A stretch of DNA of 64,000 bases from an uncultured Nitrososphaerales archaeon (GTDB lineage: Archaea > Thermoproteota > Nitrososphaeria > Nitrososphaerales > Nitrososphaeraceae). The stretch is from NCBI GenBank assembly GCA_963709405.1, contig CAVPXM010000021.1:96001-160000 (forward strand). The letters run 5' to 3'. The notes beneath the pieces were generated by a model. That model was not told the DNA's origin. It searched no databases and saw only the letters and a list, made by a program, of their open reading frames with translations. Shown one piece after another: positions 11,054 to 22,260 of this stretch. A program made the position numbers and the translations under genes. Positions within the stretch are counted from its first letter, which is position 1; every line of letters begins with the position of its first letter.

Positions 11054-11554
11054 TCAAACCGACTCAGTCAACCTTGAATCTAGATTGATCAAATCTCCTT
11101 TAGAGGCATTAAATTCATTTTTTAATCGGACTCTTAATTTTGAAAGGTCACTCAAATACCAGCTATCAACCTTCCAGTATCTAGGAGATTCTTCCGTTAC
11201 AGCGACATCTAGGAGCAGATGCCTAGCATCAGATTTTATTTTATCACCTTTCGTATAATAGAAATACCTGAATCCTGAGTTCAATTTGACAGATGAAGTT
11301 TTCATTTCAAGGTATGTAATCGAGTCTTTATATGAGATTTCTATATCCGGATAACCGGTTTTACCAAGCCTTTTTACTAATAATGGTAGTTTATTCATTT
11401 CATTAACTATCGATTCCTCAATCCTTCTTCCAACCTCATTGACACGACTACCTTGATATCTTGATCGAGTGGAGGTAGATGTTTTCAGAAATCCTCCTAA
11501 TATGCTTTTGAGGAGATCGATAAGATTCTTATCCGTAGATTTACTAAGATCCAC
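11054..11554 (-). CDS. Putative type II restriction endonuclease (PD-(D/E)xK)
   Basis: NEVGRRIE...GYPDIEI...YLEMKT catalytic pattern; directly downstream of a DNA MTase; frame stays open upstream to ~11670, so the start is uncertain. Confidence 0.7.
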   Translation of the reverse strand: MDLSKSTDKNLIDLLKSILGGFLKTSTSTRSRYQGSRVNEVGRRIEESIVNEMNKLPLLVKRLGKTGYPDIEISYKDSITYLEMKTSSVKLNSGFRYFYYTKGDKIKSDARHLLLDVAVTEESPRYWKVDSWYLSDLSKLRVRLKNEFNASKGDLINLDSRLTESV

Positions 11555-11734
11555 TGGGAATACGTCATAGCCAGTAGATTCCTTAATTAATAATGGAAAT
11601 TCGACTTTACCTATTTGCTCGGAGAGGCCAAAGACACTATGTAGTAAATCTCTTCTACCATTTTCATACTGTCAATGTATTTACAATATATAAATATAAT
11701 AAATCCTTTATGTCAATTCATCGTCATTTGAAAG

Positions 11735-12569
11735 TTATGTTTCCATATAACGAGAAATTCGTTGTTTAGCTATTCCGATATATTGTGAATCTATCTCGGT
11801 TCCTATATAGTTAACCTTAAGATGAATACAAGCCAGAGCGGTACTACCTATACCCATGAAAGGATCGTAAACAAGCATATTCTTTTTAATTCCATGTAAT
11901 TCTATACAGCGTTCAGGTAGCTTAACTGGAAAGACTGCCGGATGTGGCCTGGCTTCCTGAATTGTTGGATAAGGTATGAACCATACGTTGCCTCTATCCC
12001 TTCTATCTTTAGTCGCAGTCTTCCATCTACCAATATTCGTTTTGTCTTGGTAGGTTACACCAACCTGTAATTTGTCTAGTTTTACATTCCCAGTTTTAGT
12101 AAAATGAAAGATATATTCATGAAGATCACTTAGGTATCTGTCACTAACTATTGGTTTGAAATGACCAATGGATATATTGTCACTGTTACGAAGTCTGTTA
12201 TTCCTACCAATATCCTCTGGATCAAATGAAACAGATTTTATCCAGTGAATTGTGTTTTGTAAGTTGAAGCCGATATTCTCAGTAAGGCTTACGACTAAGT
12301 CAAAAGGTAACTCCGGGTCAGAAGGCCGGCCAGATATATTCAGAAAAAAAGATCCATTATTTTTCATAATAGATTTGATTTTTTTAACCTACCTTCTCTA
12401 ACCAAGTTAAGTAATCATCTCTTTTTTTATTATCCTCGTATAATCCATATTCTTTATTTATGTTATATGGAGGAGAAGTTACAACGACATCTACTAACAT
12501 GTTTTGACTCCTCAACTTATCCATGAAAACGAGACAATCTTCCTGATATATCTGGTTTATATCTATCAT
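11735..12569 (-). CDS. Beta-class N4/N6 DNA methyltransferase (frameshift at ~12380-12387)
   Basis: VVTSPPYN (motif IV) N-terminal, HPAVFP and VYDPFMGIGST (motif I) C-terminal; halves join as KVGKKIKSIMKN if one base is removed next to the A7 run. Confidence 0.92.
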
Positions 12570-13693
12570 TATAGAATACCTTTTTTCGCATTCTGAATTA
12601 AGGTGACCCACTTATTATCCCCTTCTATTCTGACACCACATTTCTCAGCCGGAGTTGCGTTTCCTATACCTTCGTGTGGACGGACATAGTTATGATATAA
12701 TTGATATCCAGCTAATACAGTAGTATCGACTTTCTTTAGTCCACGCATGACTTTCTCTCTGTCACGCACTTCGCCGTTCAGTCTTTCCATTTTGTTATTA
12801 TTATGGTCACCTTGGAGTCTGATGTGTCGTATGTGTCTACTCTTCGGACTCTTGAGCGTAGCAAATTCTTCTTTGAACGCTTGAATATAATTAGGCGCAC
12901 CATCACTAATTAAGACGTTGGGTCGTTTACCAGTTACCTCTTTCGCCTTTCTAAATAATGGTCTAATGTCAGCAGTGTATTTCGTACCTGAGACTTGCTG
13001 CGCAATCCAGAATCTCGTATCATCGTCCATCAATGCATACATGTATTTCATATCGCCCTTTATCTTTACATATAATTCGTCGGTACGCCAAGCGTTACCC
13101 AATGACGGCGACTTAATTTTCTCTACATAGCTCTGCATTAGAGTAACGTATTTTCTGATCCACTTATAGACTGCAACATGGCTTACGTTAACGCCGCGCA
13201 GTTTTAAGAATCTCATCACATTGCGGAAGGATTCACCTGTAAAATAGAGTTGCATGGCAGACGTAATAGCATCCGGCGGGGCGCGCATCTTCTCAAAGCC
13301 CATATTAAATGAGAACCTCTTACCACAATCTTTGCACAAATATCTCTGTATATCGTATTGCTTATTCCGTCTTATAGGCTTTTTCACAATCCGCTCTGAA
13401 TTACAGTAGCGGCAGGCTAACTGCGATATAGGTCTGATAATTACTTCTTCTCTTACGGTCTCACGAATGGCAGAACTAAACTCGACGGCGTAGATATGCT
13501 TGCATTTTACTCCACGAAATTTATGGTCAGGGCATGAACATGTCCAACCAAGTTTAGTCAGGATGACTTTATACTTACCATTACCAGACTGTGATTTAAC
13601 TAGATAGCGAGATTCATTATACCTGTTTATAGACCTCTTGGCAGTAGCAATAACTTGACCACGCTTCTGCCTATCATCGATGCTAGTAGACAC
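12569..13693 (-). CDS. IS6-like DDE transposase with N-terminal SWIM finger and Zn ribbon, intact
   Basis: WTCSCPD...CKHI (SWIM), CRYC...CKDC (Zn ribbon), HTH region, WRTDE / ISDG / NNKMER DDE triad, YHNYVRPH. Confidence 0.92.
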   Translation of the reverse strand: MSTSIDDRQKRGQVIATAKRSINRYNESRYLVKSQSGNGKYKVILTKLGWTCSCPDHKFRGVKCKHIYAVEFSSAIRETVREEVIIRPISQLACRYCNSERIVKKPIRRNKQYDIQRYLCKDCGKRFSFNMGFEKMRAPPDAITSAMQLYFTGESFRNVMRFLKLRGVNVSHVAVYKWIRKYVTLMQSYVEKIKSPSLGNAWRTDELYVKIKGDMKYMYALMDDDTRFWIAQQVSGTKYTADIRPLFRKAKEVTGKRPNVLISDGAPNYIQAFKEEFATLKSPKSRHIRHIRLQGDHNNNKMERLNGEVRDREKVMRGLKKVDTTVLAGYQLYHNYVRPHEGIGNATPAEKCGVRIEGDNKWVTLIQNAKKGIL

Positions 13694-13714
13694 ATATGTG
13701 TATTATACACATAT
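13694..13714. promoter_or_regulatory. Palindromic operator at the transposase start
   Basis: atatgtgta-tta-tacacatat, a perfect 9-bp inverted repeat; related atatgtataatatgtat precedes the divergent RHH ATG. Confidence 0.6.
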
Positions 13715-13775
13715 CCATATAAGTATTGTGGTTATGTGGATAATCTTATTAAGTGGTTATATGTATAATATGTAT

Positions 13776-13925
13776 ATGGGTAGAATCGATATTAACTTAC
13801 CCGATGACCTTGAGAATAAATTACGTATGGAGGTTGGTCGACGTATGGGAGCTAAACGTGGCGCGCTTACACTAGAATTTAGAAATAGTAAATATGAGCA
13901 TGTAATACACGGCACGACATTGTGA
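13776..13925 (+). CDS. Ribbon-helix-helix (CopG-like) small regulator, C-terminus possibly replaced
   Basis: MGRIDINLPDDLENKLRMEVGRRMGAKRGALT: alternating beta strand then helix; cttattaa TATA ~25 nt upstream. Confidence 0.7.
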   Translation: MGRIDINLPDDLENKLRMEVGRRMGAKRGALTLEFRNSKYEHVIHGTTL

Positions 13926-15034
13926 TACTAATTATAGTGGCAATTCATTGGTAGCACCACGCCACGATGTTTTAGCATTTTCTAGTCCCTTAACTGGGTC
14001 GCACGAAAAGAATAAACGCCGATCCATTTATTGGAGCTATCATAATATCCAGACAAGTCCTCTTCTCATCAAGGTGGCACAATTAAAATAGATTTGACCT
14101 AGTTAGGTGTTCACCACAATATTTATTCAAATTATTTACGACCAGTTAACGACAACTACGTTTTAATCGCCTGTTTGTTTTCGGGAGTTGTATAATAAGA
14201 GACAATTCATTTGAATTCTATATTTGTCATATCGGATCTAATAGCAGAAGCGAACAAGGATGAAAACCCGGGTTAGTAAATGAGTGTCCTCATAGATTAA
14301 ACGAAATTTGAAGGGCATCATAGTGATATGATGATAGTCCATTACGTCAATAGCCAAACTAATGAATCTAACTAGCCATCAATTATCATCTTTATTACAT
14401 CAAACACAATTCAAATGTTTGCTTTTTGCACAGTTTGAACTAGGTGTAGATCAATTGCTAAATATGCTAGGTCGCTAGGCACAACTTTAATGACCAAAGA
14501 AATTATTCCATTTAGCATCGTGCGTTACCTTTAATTTTATTACACAGTCAACAAAGCAATACCAGAATTGGTCCCATGCGCAATTCATGTCTTCATTCGT
14601 TTAGATTTGACCGAAAAAGGGCTCATATTTTTGTGTATTGAAAGGAATATAGAGCTTCAGTACAGCCAAATATGGTTAATAAATTAGACAGAAATATTTG
14701 ATGATTCTGTGGCCAATATAGATGATATAATAAACTAATAGTAAACAAATAGCTCTGGGGGGAGTATGATATCCGGCAAGAGGAATTAGAAATGAACGCC
14801 CCTCCTCAGCTGGACAAAGGACCAGCATCGTTCAGATATCCTCATACAAGATGTAGACTTAATCGTCAAATTAATGCGAATATTTTTATCATATTTAGGT
14901 AAAATTTATCTGTATGAATTTACAGCATTAATTTCCTTAAGTTAAATATAGTACTAAATAATGATTGCTATTGAAGTATCACGTTACAGGGTAATTGCTA
15001 TCGTCATATTGGTAATATTCCACGTTATTCACTT

Positions 15035-15376
15035 TTGATCTCTTCAGTATTATTGTTGCTTGCTAATGTGATTTTTAACCTAGGAGGTAATTCAGACTAT
15101 GTGACTGCTAAACTATGCATTGATAACAATGATGGAGATAACACTCAGTCATGCAAATCTCAGAGAGCATCTGATAACAATAATGTTAGGGACGTTCCAA
15201 CATCATCTGGAGCTGATGACCCGACAAATCATATTAATCTAGATAAATTTAATGCACATGAACCTTTTAATCATGAGGGTGGTAATATAGATCATCATAA
15301 TACTGATAATCATAAGGACGGTGGAAATGGACACCATTCCAAAGATGATACTCCGTTCAGTTTACCCTTTCCTTAA
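15035..15376 (+). CDS. Small secreted hypothetical protein, Asp/Asn/His-rich
   Basis: Hydrophobic N-terminus, Cys pair, ending DTPFSLPFP. Confidence 0.55.
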   Translation: MISSVLLLLANVIFNLGGNSDYVTAKLCIDNNDGDNTQSCKSQRASDNNNVRDVPTSSGADDPTNHINLDKFNAHEPFNHEGGNIDHHNTDNHKDGGNGHHSKDDTPFSLPFP

Positions 15377-15896
15377 CAGCTTGGATCATCGATCAAAGTA
15401 TTATGGATAATATCTTGCCGCAAGGAATCATCGTACATTTATACCTGAGTCGCCCCAATTAATGGACGGAACGAAGATTATTATACACACTATTTGTACT
15501 TGGATTACTACTTACTTACAACAAGTCACATCCTACTTAATTATGAATATATTTCGATACAATCAAATTTACATTGGCCACCACTCAAAGTATTGCATTA
15601 CGTGCTGTCAATAGAATTGCTATTGATTAATACCTATCATAGTGAATAAGTCAGATTGCTAACCTTGAATATAGCATTGAAGAGGTCATCTCTAGTAATA
15701 GGATTGTCAACAAAAATCGTGGTGGTGTGATGAGAACAAAGATGTGATTTCTTGGGATATCTGTGGTTAATTCAACTTCAAACGATCATTACCTTCCTAT
15801 TTTTACACGTTGTAATTAACAGAAAGCTAGCGATCCCCGCAGATCTCATGGTCTGTGCTCATAGTAATTTGTAAATAAAAGTGAATTCAAACCCAA

Positions 15897-16490
15897 TTAC
15901 AAGGATAGACTAAGTGTATATGGTTCTTGTTCAGTTTGATTAGAGTTGGCACTCGTTACTATAGAAGCAGATGAGGCGGGAGAACTGATAATACCTTTTT
16001 GACAAGAATACGTGTCCCCAAAATTGTCAGAGTGCACTAGAATCTTTATACACGCTGTATATTCATCTCCAGGTTTGACTACTCCATGAGGAAATGTTAT
16101 TGGAACATGAATAATGCCGTCACCGTCGTCTTCGGGATCAAGGAGCGCTATTGGATTGATGTTATATGCCACAGTTTGATTATTAACAGTTACCCAAACT
16201 TGTGCCATTTTATCGGAGTAATCTATCCCTCTGATCTTCAGGTTTATTGTGAACGTGTCTTTGCCACTTTCTGCCAATGAATGAGAGGAATCAGACAAAG
16301 GTGTGGTTGGAGTTACGGGTGTAATTGCTTTTGATGTATCTTGATTTCCAGGTAATTGGGCAAATGCGTATGGCTGTGAATTAAACAAGACACCGTAATT
16401 GCTCGTGATCATCGTTACAGCAACAATCAGTATAAATATTGCCGAAGGCGACAGAGCAAGGTTCCTGTTGTAACTTGAAGAGCATGACAT
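15897..16490 (-). CDS. Secreted hypothetical protein
   Basis: 197 aa; signal peptide ending YAFAQ; beta-rich domain with two Cys. Confidence 0.75.
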   Translation of the reverse strand: MSCSSSYNRNLALSPSAIFILIVAVTMITSNYGVLFNSQPYAFAQLPGNQDTSKAITPVTPTTPLSDSSHSLAESGKDTFTINLKIRGIDYSDKMAQVWVTVNNQTVAYNINPIALLDPEDDGDGIIHVPITFPHGVVKPGDEYTACIKILVHSDNFGDTYSCQKGIISSPASSASIVTSANSNQTEQEPYTLSLSL

Positions 16491-16709
16491 TAGAATCTAA
16501 TCACGCGATTTACATTTTATACAAACTGCTAAATTATTACAGATAATATTATCGATATTGTTTATTACTGGATTTTACCTATGGACTAATCATACAAAGA
16601 TGGGCTTTTCGCCTAGACATATGATATTTTTACCCAACTTATCTACTGTACAGTTAGATTCTAGATCATAATGCAAAAGCGTTAAATGACTTAATATCTT
16701 TAAAAAATT

Positions 16710-16828
16710 GCCGGGGTACCCGAAGCTAGGCAAGTCAACGACCCTAATAGGGGTCAGCCTCGAGATCTATCGTTTAAGGGCAAGCTGATGTCCTTCGGGA
16801 CCCGTGGGTTCGAGTCCCACTCCCGGCG
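16710..16828 (+). tRNA. tRNA-Ser(CGA) with two introns (16733-16748 in the D-loop; 16765-16782 at 37/38)
   Basis: Acceptor GCCGGGG/TCCCGGC plus G73; anticodon stem TCAGC/GCTGA with CGA at 16761-16763; long variable arm GTCC-TTCG-GGAC; T arm GTGGG-TTCGAGT-CCCAC. Confidence 0.9.
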
Positions 16829-17944
16829 CTAGACTAAGATATTCTCATCATAAGCTGATTTACATATTATCGAATATTTTTTTTGTAAGAATTTACTACT
16901 GAAACAACAGGAATAGATCTAAAATGCTTTCCTATAGGACGATATATTAACGTCTGTAAGGACTAACTGAACACGGTGACGTTTTCAATTATCGTATAGT
17001 CAGCAGTCCTTACATGGAAAGCCTCTATTAGTAGACAAAGTATGAGTCTTGAATCGTGGCGTTAAGATAGCCACAATCATTATCGTTGTTATCTTCATAG
17101 GCTAGTGGATCGCAAAGCGACATCAATCAGAAGTAAAATAAGTATATGCCATGAATTAACAGTGAGTAGTTAGTAGCCAGTTTATCATACGATATTTTCT
17201 TTTTGATAGGCGAGGTGACTAATAATAACTTTTTTTCTAGCTCCTGTTCAACCATGTCACCAAATCTGTAAGCCAGGGGTCGAAATTATTCAGGATAACA
17301 GATGTGCTAGTGGAACATTGCTTGCACGAATTGCATATTCACAGATAGCAACATCTTAGAGAGCCAATTATAAATAATCCATTTGGTCCCAAACGTACGA
17401 TAACCTTGTTTCCGTTTGCTGTTGATCGTTATAGAATGATTTCCTATAATGTTAAGAGTATTTTGCATAGCTTGGCGTGGCGTCAGGCCATGAGATTTTC
17501 TGTTTTTTAATTGATTAATATCTTGATGGGAGGAACTCAGTTAGTATAATGCAATTTCTCTTTCCTATCTCTAGTTCTAATTGCAATCGTTTATACTTCT
17601 AAATAAGAAATAATACCAGCCAATATTCAAAATTGACGATGATGTTTTCAAAGAACGATCAAATCAATTGCTTAGCGGCAATAATTGCAGGAATCAAGTC
17701 TTGCAGTGAGAAATGCCAGAAAAATATCTCCCGAAGAGAACAAACTGAAATCTGAAGCTTTAGCCTATTCTCCAAACAACCGCATATATTTACAAAAACC
17801 ATCTCTCATCCCAAAATTATCAACATGGGATTTAGATATACAGTCATAAGCATTGATAAGACCCAAACAATATATCATAAGCACAGGTTATGAAACATGT
17901 TTCGAAAAAAAGAGAAAAATATAGGAAAATATTTTCTTATATTT

Positions 17945-17995
17945 TTACTTCTTACCTTTAGAAGCTTTCTTTACAGATTTTTTCTTTGCTGCCAT
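17945..17995 (-). CDS. 16-aa lysine-rich micro-protein MAAKKKSVKKASKGKK
   Basis: ATG...TAA; cttatata TATA box 25 nt upstream (leaderless spacing); T-rich terminator-like tract downstream. Confidence 0.65.
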   Translation of the reverse strand: MAAKKKSVKKASKGKK

Positions 17996-18637
17996 CAGCT
18001 AATCATTGTGGTCTGTTCAGTATATAAGCCTTATTGAATTAATTATGGTTTGTCTAGTTCCTTTTTTAGAGAACAATAATTTGTTTGTTTTTGCAGGTTG
18101 ATGATACAACAATGATTGGAATGCAAGGATTGTGTAACATTTTGGGCGACTTTTATTCTTTGGATTCTATGAAACGGGACATCAATCGAATTTCATTATT
18201 CATCGGCCGAAAATGTAGCTAAACGATTAACAAACGCAAACCAAGCATAACCTACTATCAAATACTATGCGATACAAATCCACATTTTGAGACTCATAAA
18301 TATTCGAAGGGTGGTAAATTGCGATATAAATGAGCCACACATCGTATCCTGCGTCATACAGATACTCTGACAGTTTGATCACTCCTTCCGCACTTTTTGT
18401 CACTAACTAATAGAATGACCATAGATAACTATGTCCGCCGAGTACAGAACTACGAACCTCATTATCTTTCTACTAGGAAGTAATCATAATTTCGCGTTTC
18501 TTATATCATGTGCACAATTCTTTCGCATCCGAAATCATTCGCGTTCGATAGCGTATTATATATGGCGTTACCATAGCTTCGGATAAATTATTTCAAGGAA
18601 ATCAAGCTTATATTTTGACTTTTTACATTTTATAGCA

Positions 18638-18738
18638 GTGGTGGTAGAAAGGAAGACTGATGGCAGCAAAGAAAGCCTCATAGGCGCCTTTACATTATTA
18701 TCGCCAGAGACATACTTTTAATCTTCCTCTACCACTAC
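18638..18738 (+). other. Hairpin-enclosed micro-ORF MAAKKAS (18660-18683); candidate small RNA or peptide gene
   Basis: gtggtggtagaaaggaaga pairs with tcttcctctaccactac; shares ctgatggcagcaaagaaa with the 17995 gene; ttttatag 24 nt before ATG. Confidence 0.4.
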
Positions 18739-19420
18739 CTGGTAGTTATATGGATAGGCCTAGAATAAAAATTGATGCTATTCATAATTTTTAGGGGTTG
18801 AACACCATTATATGAAAAATTGCTTTATTTTTTATTGATTGATGGTATTCGTACCAAAACAGCTTATAGAAAATGGATGTTTATATTTATAAAAAATAAT
18901 ATAAAAACTATAAATAGTGCAAGAAAAAATGATATATTACATCAATATCTGTGCCTTCATTTATCTTTTTTGAATATCTGGAAGTTGAGATTCTCTTGGA
19001 TCTGACTAGCCATTTTTCTACTATATTCTATTGGGACGAACTCTCCTATCTTGCCTTGAAATTAATCCTTAACCTTCTAATTTCAAATAGGTTAGATAGT
19101 CCAGATAGTGGGTTGCGATCGCATAGAAAATAGGCAGTAATGTGCATAGCGAGATTTGTACGTACCGCCTACCCCGCACGACAAGTATTCAGGCCTAGCC
19201 AAGGGATCCAGCATAATCTTCCTATGTGAACGTCGAAAAAAGAATAGAATATCAGAAGGATGGAGCTGGGTATGATCGCACGAGAGGATGGCTTGGAAAT
19301 TAAGTCTCTCACGACTGACAAATTCGATTTAGGTTGACATATGATGGATGTCAAGTTCTATACTGAATTTCTTAATTTCAAAGGAACGAATCTATTGGGT
19401 GAACACGAAGCCATATTTTA

Positions 19421-20985
19421 TTAAAGGATCCCGAAATCAGGTGGCAATGTTTCAACGTCTTTTGCGGGTGGATCTGTGGTATCTGTTAGCCCTTTAAGGT
19501 TTATACGATAGTAATCGAGCCTATCTGGGTCATACTTTTGCACAATTTCTATAGTTTCACCTCTGTCTTTTCTACTCATTATCACGATGCGATGGACGTA
19601 ACTAGTTACAAAGCCGTATCCTCTGTTTCTTGCTTCTTTAAGAAACTCTGACCTAAGAATATGGCCACCAGCTTCTCCCCAATAACCAGATTTGATCCCA
19701 ATCCATTCCATAAATGCAGTATTCCTTTTCCCTAAATTACAATCGTATGTGCCTCGTCTGAGTTCATATGCTTCCAGTGGCCCTCCTTTTACATAACCAA
19801 CAATTTCACCATTATTGTCTTCGACCCTCAAAACAATTAAAATCGTCCTAATATTAGATAGCGATTTCTTGAACTTCTTCTGATTAATAGGTGGTACTGG
19901 AAGGGGTAACTCTCTGTATATCTTCAGAATCGCTTCTCTTACGTAAGAATTCATACTACTCTCACATTTTTCTATTCTAATTGGCACTAGGCGCGTTTCA
20001 TTCCTTCTAATTGATGCTCTTATCCTATTTTCTTCTTCCCAAGCTTCCTTGAAGCCTTCTATGTTATCAAGGAAATTCCTTTTGTACATTTCAGGGACAA
20101 ATTTTAGAACACATTCGACCATCTCCTTCTCGTCCTTCAAAATACTAAAATATCGTACAGATTCTTCATTTATTCGTGATGGATGCCAACCTAATGCGTG
20201 AGCGTTGCGACGTGCAAGATCTCGGGCATGTTCAAAGTCGCCCAAAGCATAACCTGCTATACGTTCTGACACGGACAGAAACCACCCCAGATATTTATAG
20301 TGCTCTCTCGTTTCATAGTCATATTCTGCAATACCCGCACGAGTGAACAAGTCCTGAATCCTGATCATGGCATGCTCGGCTATCTTATCTCTGAAAGGAT
20401 ACGCGGTACGATGTATTAGCACGAATAAAATATCAATATTTATTCCAACATCATCAACAGATTTTTTTATGGTATTATCATTTCTCACGAACCTTTCAAC
20501 AGAATCCTCGTGAGGCTTATCGAATTGCTTAACTGGATCATAGTCATGGAAAAGTGCAGCTACAAATAAATAAATTAGATCCTCTTGGTCAAATGTATAT
20601 CCTTGTTTGTAATGATCATTCGCTGCCAATCAAAGTGAAATACGCAGCTTCGAGTTCATGTTGAATGTTGTGATAACCATAATAATCCGCACCGAGTCCC
20701 TTTTTTGAAAATTCCGATACTGCATGTCGTATCAATGCTGCAGTCCATTTGTCCTGAAATCCGATATCTGAAGTCAATTCTAATATCCTTTTCTTCAGGA
20801 CTGCGAGCTTCTGCTACCCCTATATTGTATTTCAGCCACCATGGAAGTAATTTAATTCGTTTATAAACTTCATATTGCCACTGTAATCGTTGGACTAGAG
20901 GATTGGTTACAGTGGGGCCTTCTTTGCCAGTAGTATTGTTACCAGCAAGCTCACAATCAACATTGTCGTCTCGTTCTTTGGTCAA
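19421..20985 (-). CDS. HD-domain protein with C-terminal GNAT-like domain (two frameshifts in the 5' part)
   Basis: YYGYHNIQHELE (alternate frame) and AALFHDYD; C-terminal IVGYVKGGPLE...WIGIKSGYWGEAGG. Confidence 0.8.
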
Positions 20986-22260
20986 GACCTACATCATCTA
21001 ACTCCACACATAGTTTTTACGAAGTCATGATTTCGTTTTAGCTTTTTATTGGCGCAATAACGTCGTACATCATCCAATCCGACAAAGACATATGATATTG
21101 CAAAAGGCATATTGATGATCCCGTTTCTTGTAGTGTAAGATAGGACCTCCAAAGCACCTGACACTGAAATCTGGTAATTTGCCACCATAGAATTCTTGGA
21201 TGGTCTGTTAGCATAACCGCATATCCTCCTTCTAAATTTTAACAAATTGAGAAGAAACTTGCCTGACCTTAGGCGGCTTAATTCCATTTAACCACTGTTA
21301 TTATTTGTTCTTGTTATTATTATCTTTTTGATATATCATTACTAACTTATCAAGTTTTATGATCTTCTAACCTCAATAGGTGATGAATTATCTACATTTT
21401 AGATATTAATGAATCAATTCTGTAACTTCATATAGCAATTTCTTGCAAGAATCATAATTCCAAGATGTCAAAAAGTTACCATCTCGTCAATCGCTATTAT
21501 GCTGATAGGCAGGTTGTATAATCAGAATATCATGATCCTTTTGCTGAATTGTTCAAAATCCACATCTATGGATGGTAGGTTCGTATGCTTGTTTAAGAAT
21601 CAGCTCTCGAATACTATTATCTGAGCCTATAGATTTTCAGTTTAATAGCTGCCATCGCTTCAACCAATTTGATAAACATATGATCAGGAATACTGGTTAC
21701 GTAATCTGAAAACCATCGGGATAGGTATATCGTTAATCGTTAAGTTACAAAAATCGCAGACTGAGCAGTTATAGGACTAGTAGATCTAGCTTTTGAAATA
21801 TAATGAATTGTTATATCAACATAGTCGAGTTAGGATCATTCAATTCGTTTCCTATAGGCGCAACATGCAAATGAGTCGGCCTTTCCTTGTCGTTGACCGG
21901 ACTCGATAAACATCGAAATCTTGGAATCATGAAAATCTAAAGATCGTTAATCATACGAAGAAAATCAAAAACCTTAATCCACCTGACGTTTCATCGAATC
22001 TTCGACGGGCTAATCGTGGGGTTAGGCCAGAATAAGATTCTGTTCGAGATTTCATAAGCAGCTACTGTAATTTGCATTATAAATGAGGGAGTACAAGAAA
22101 TCGAAATGCAAAGGTGTTCTGAAATACTTATGAATTAGGATAGTGCTTTCTTTATGGGAATATTTCGCAAGATTATACTAGTAACAATGGACGAAAAGCT
22201 GGTACATTGAATTTCTTGAGACCTTATAATTTTATATTGCATAACGGCAATGATATAGTA

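Larger units (their letters stand above)
11015..13954 (-). mobile_element. Putative cargo-carrying IS6-like transposon (transposase, MTase, nuclease, RHH)
   Basis: Imperfect 21-bp inverted ends ctgataatgggtgttaactat (11015-11035) and atagtggcaattcattggtag (13934-13954), 12/21 matching; compact gene block between them; no target duplication seen. Confidence 0.55.

Noticed and set aside
16770-16785. tRNA-Leu(TAA) reading using ttaag in the second insert
   Set aside because: The GCC acceptor start and G73 indicate Ser, and the Leu reading needs an implausible 4-nt intron.
16829-19400. Integrated element at the tRNA-Ser 3' end
   Set aside because: No duplicated tRNA 3' end and no integrase found in the window.
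20994-21287. 97-aa ORF upstream of the HD-domain gene
   Set aside because: No recognisable motif; could be chance or decayed sequence.
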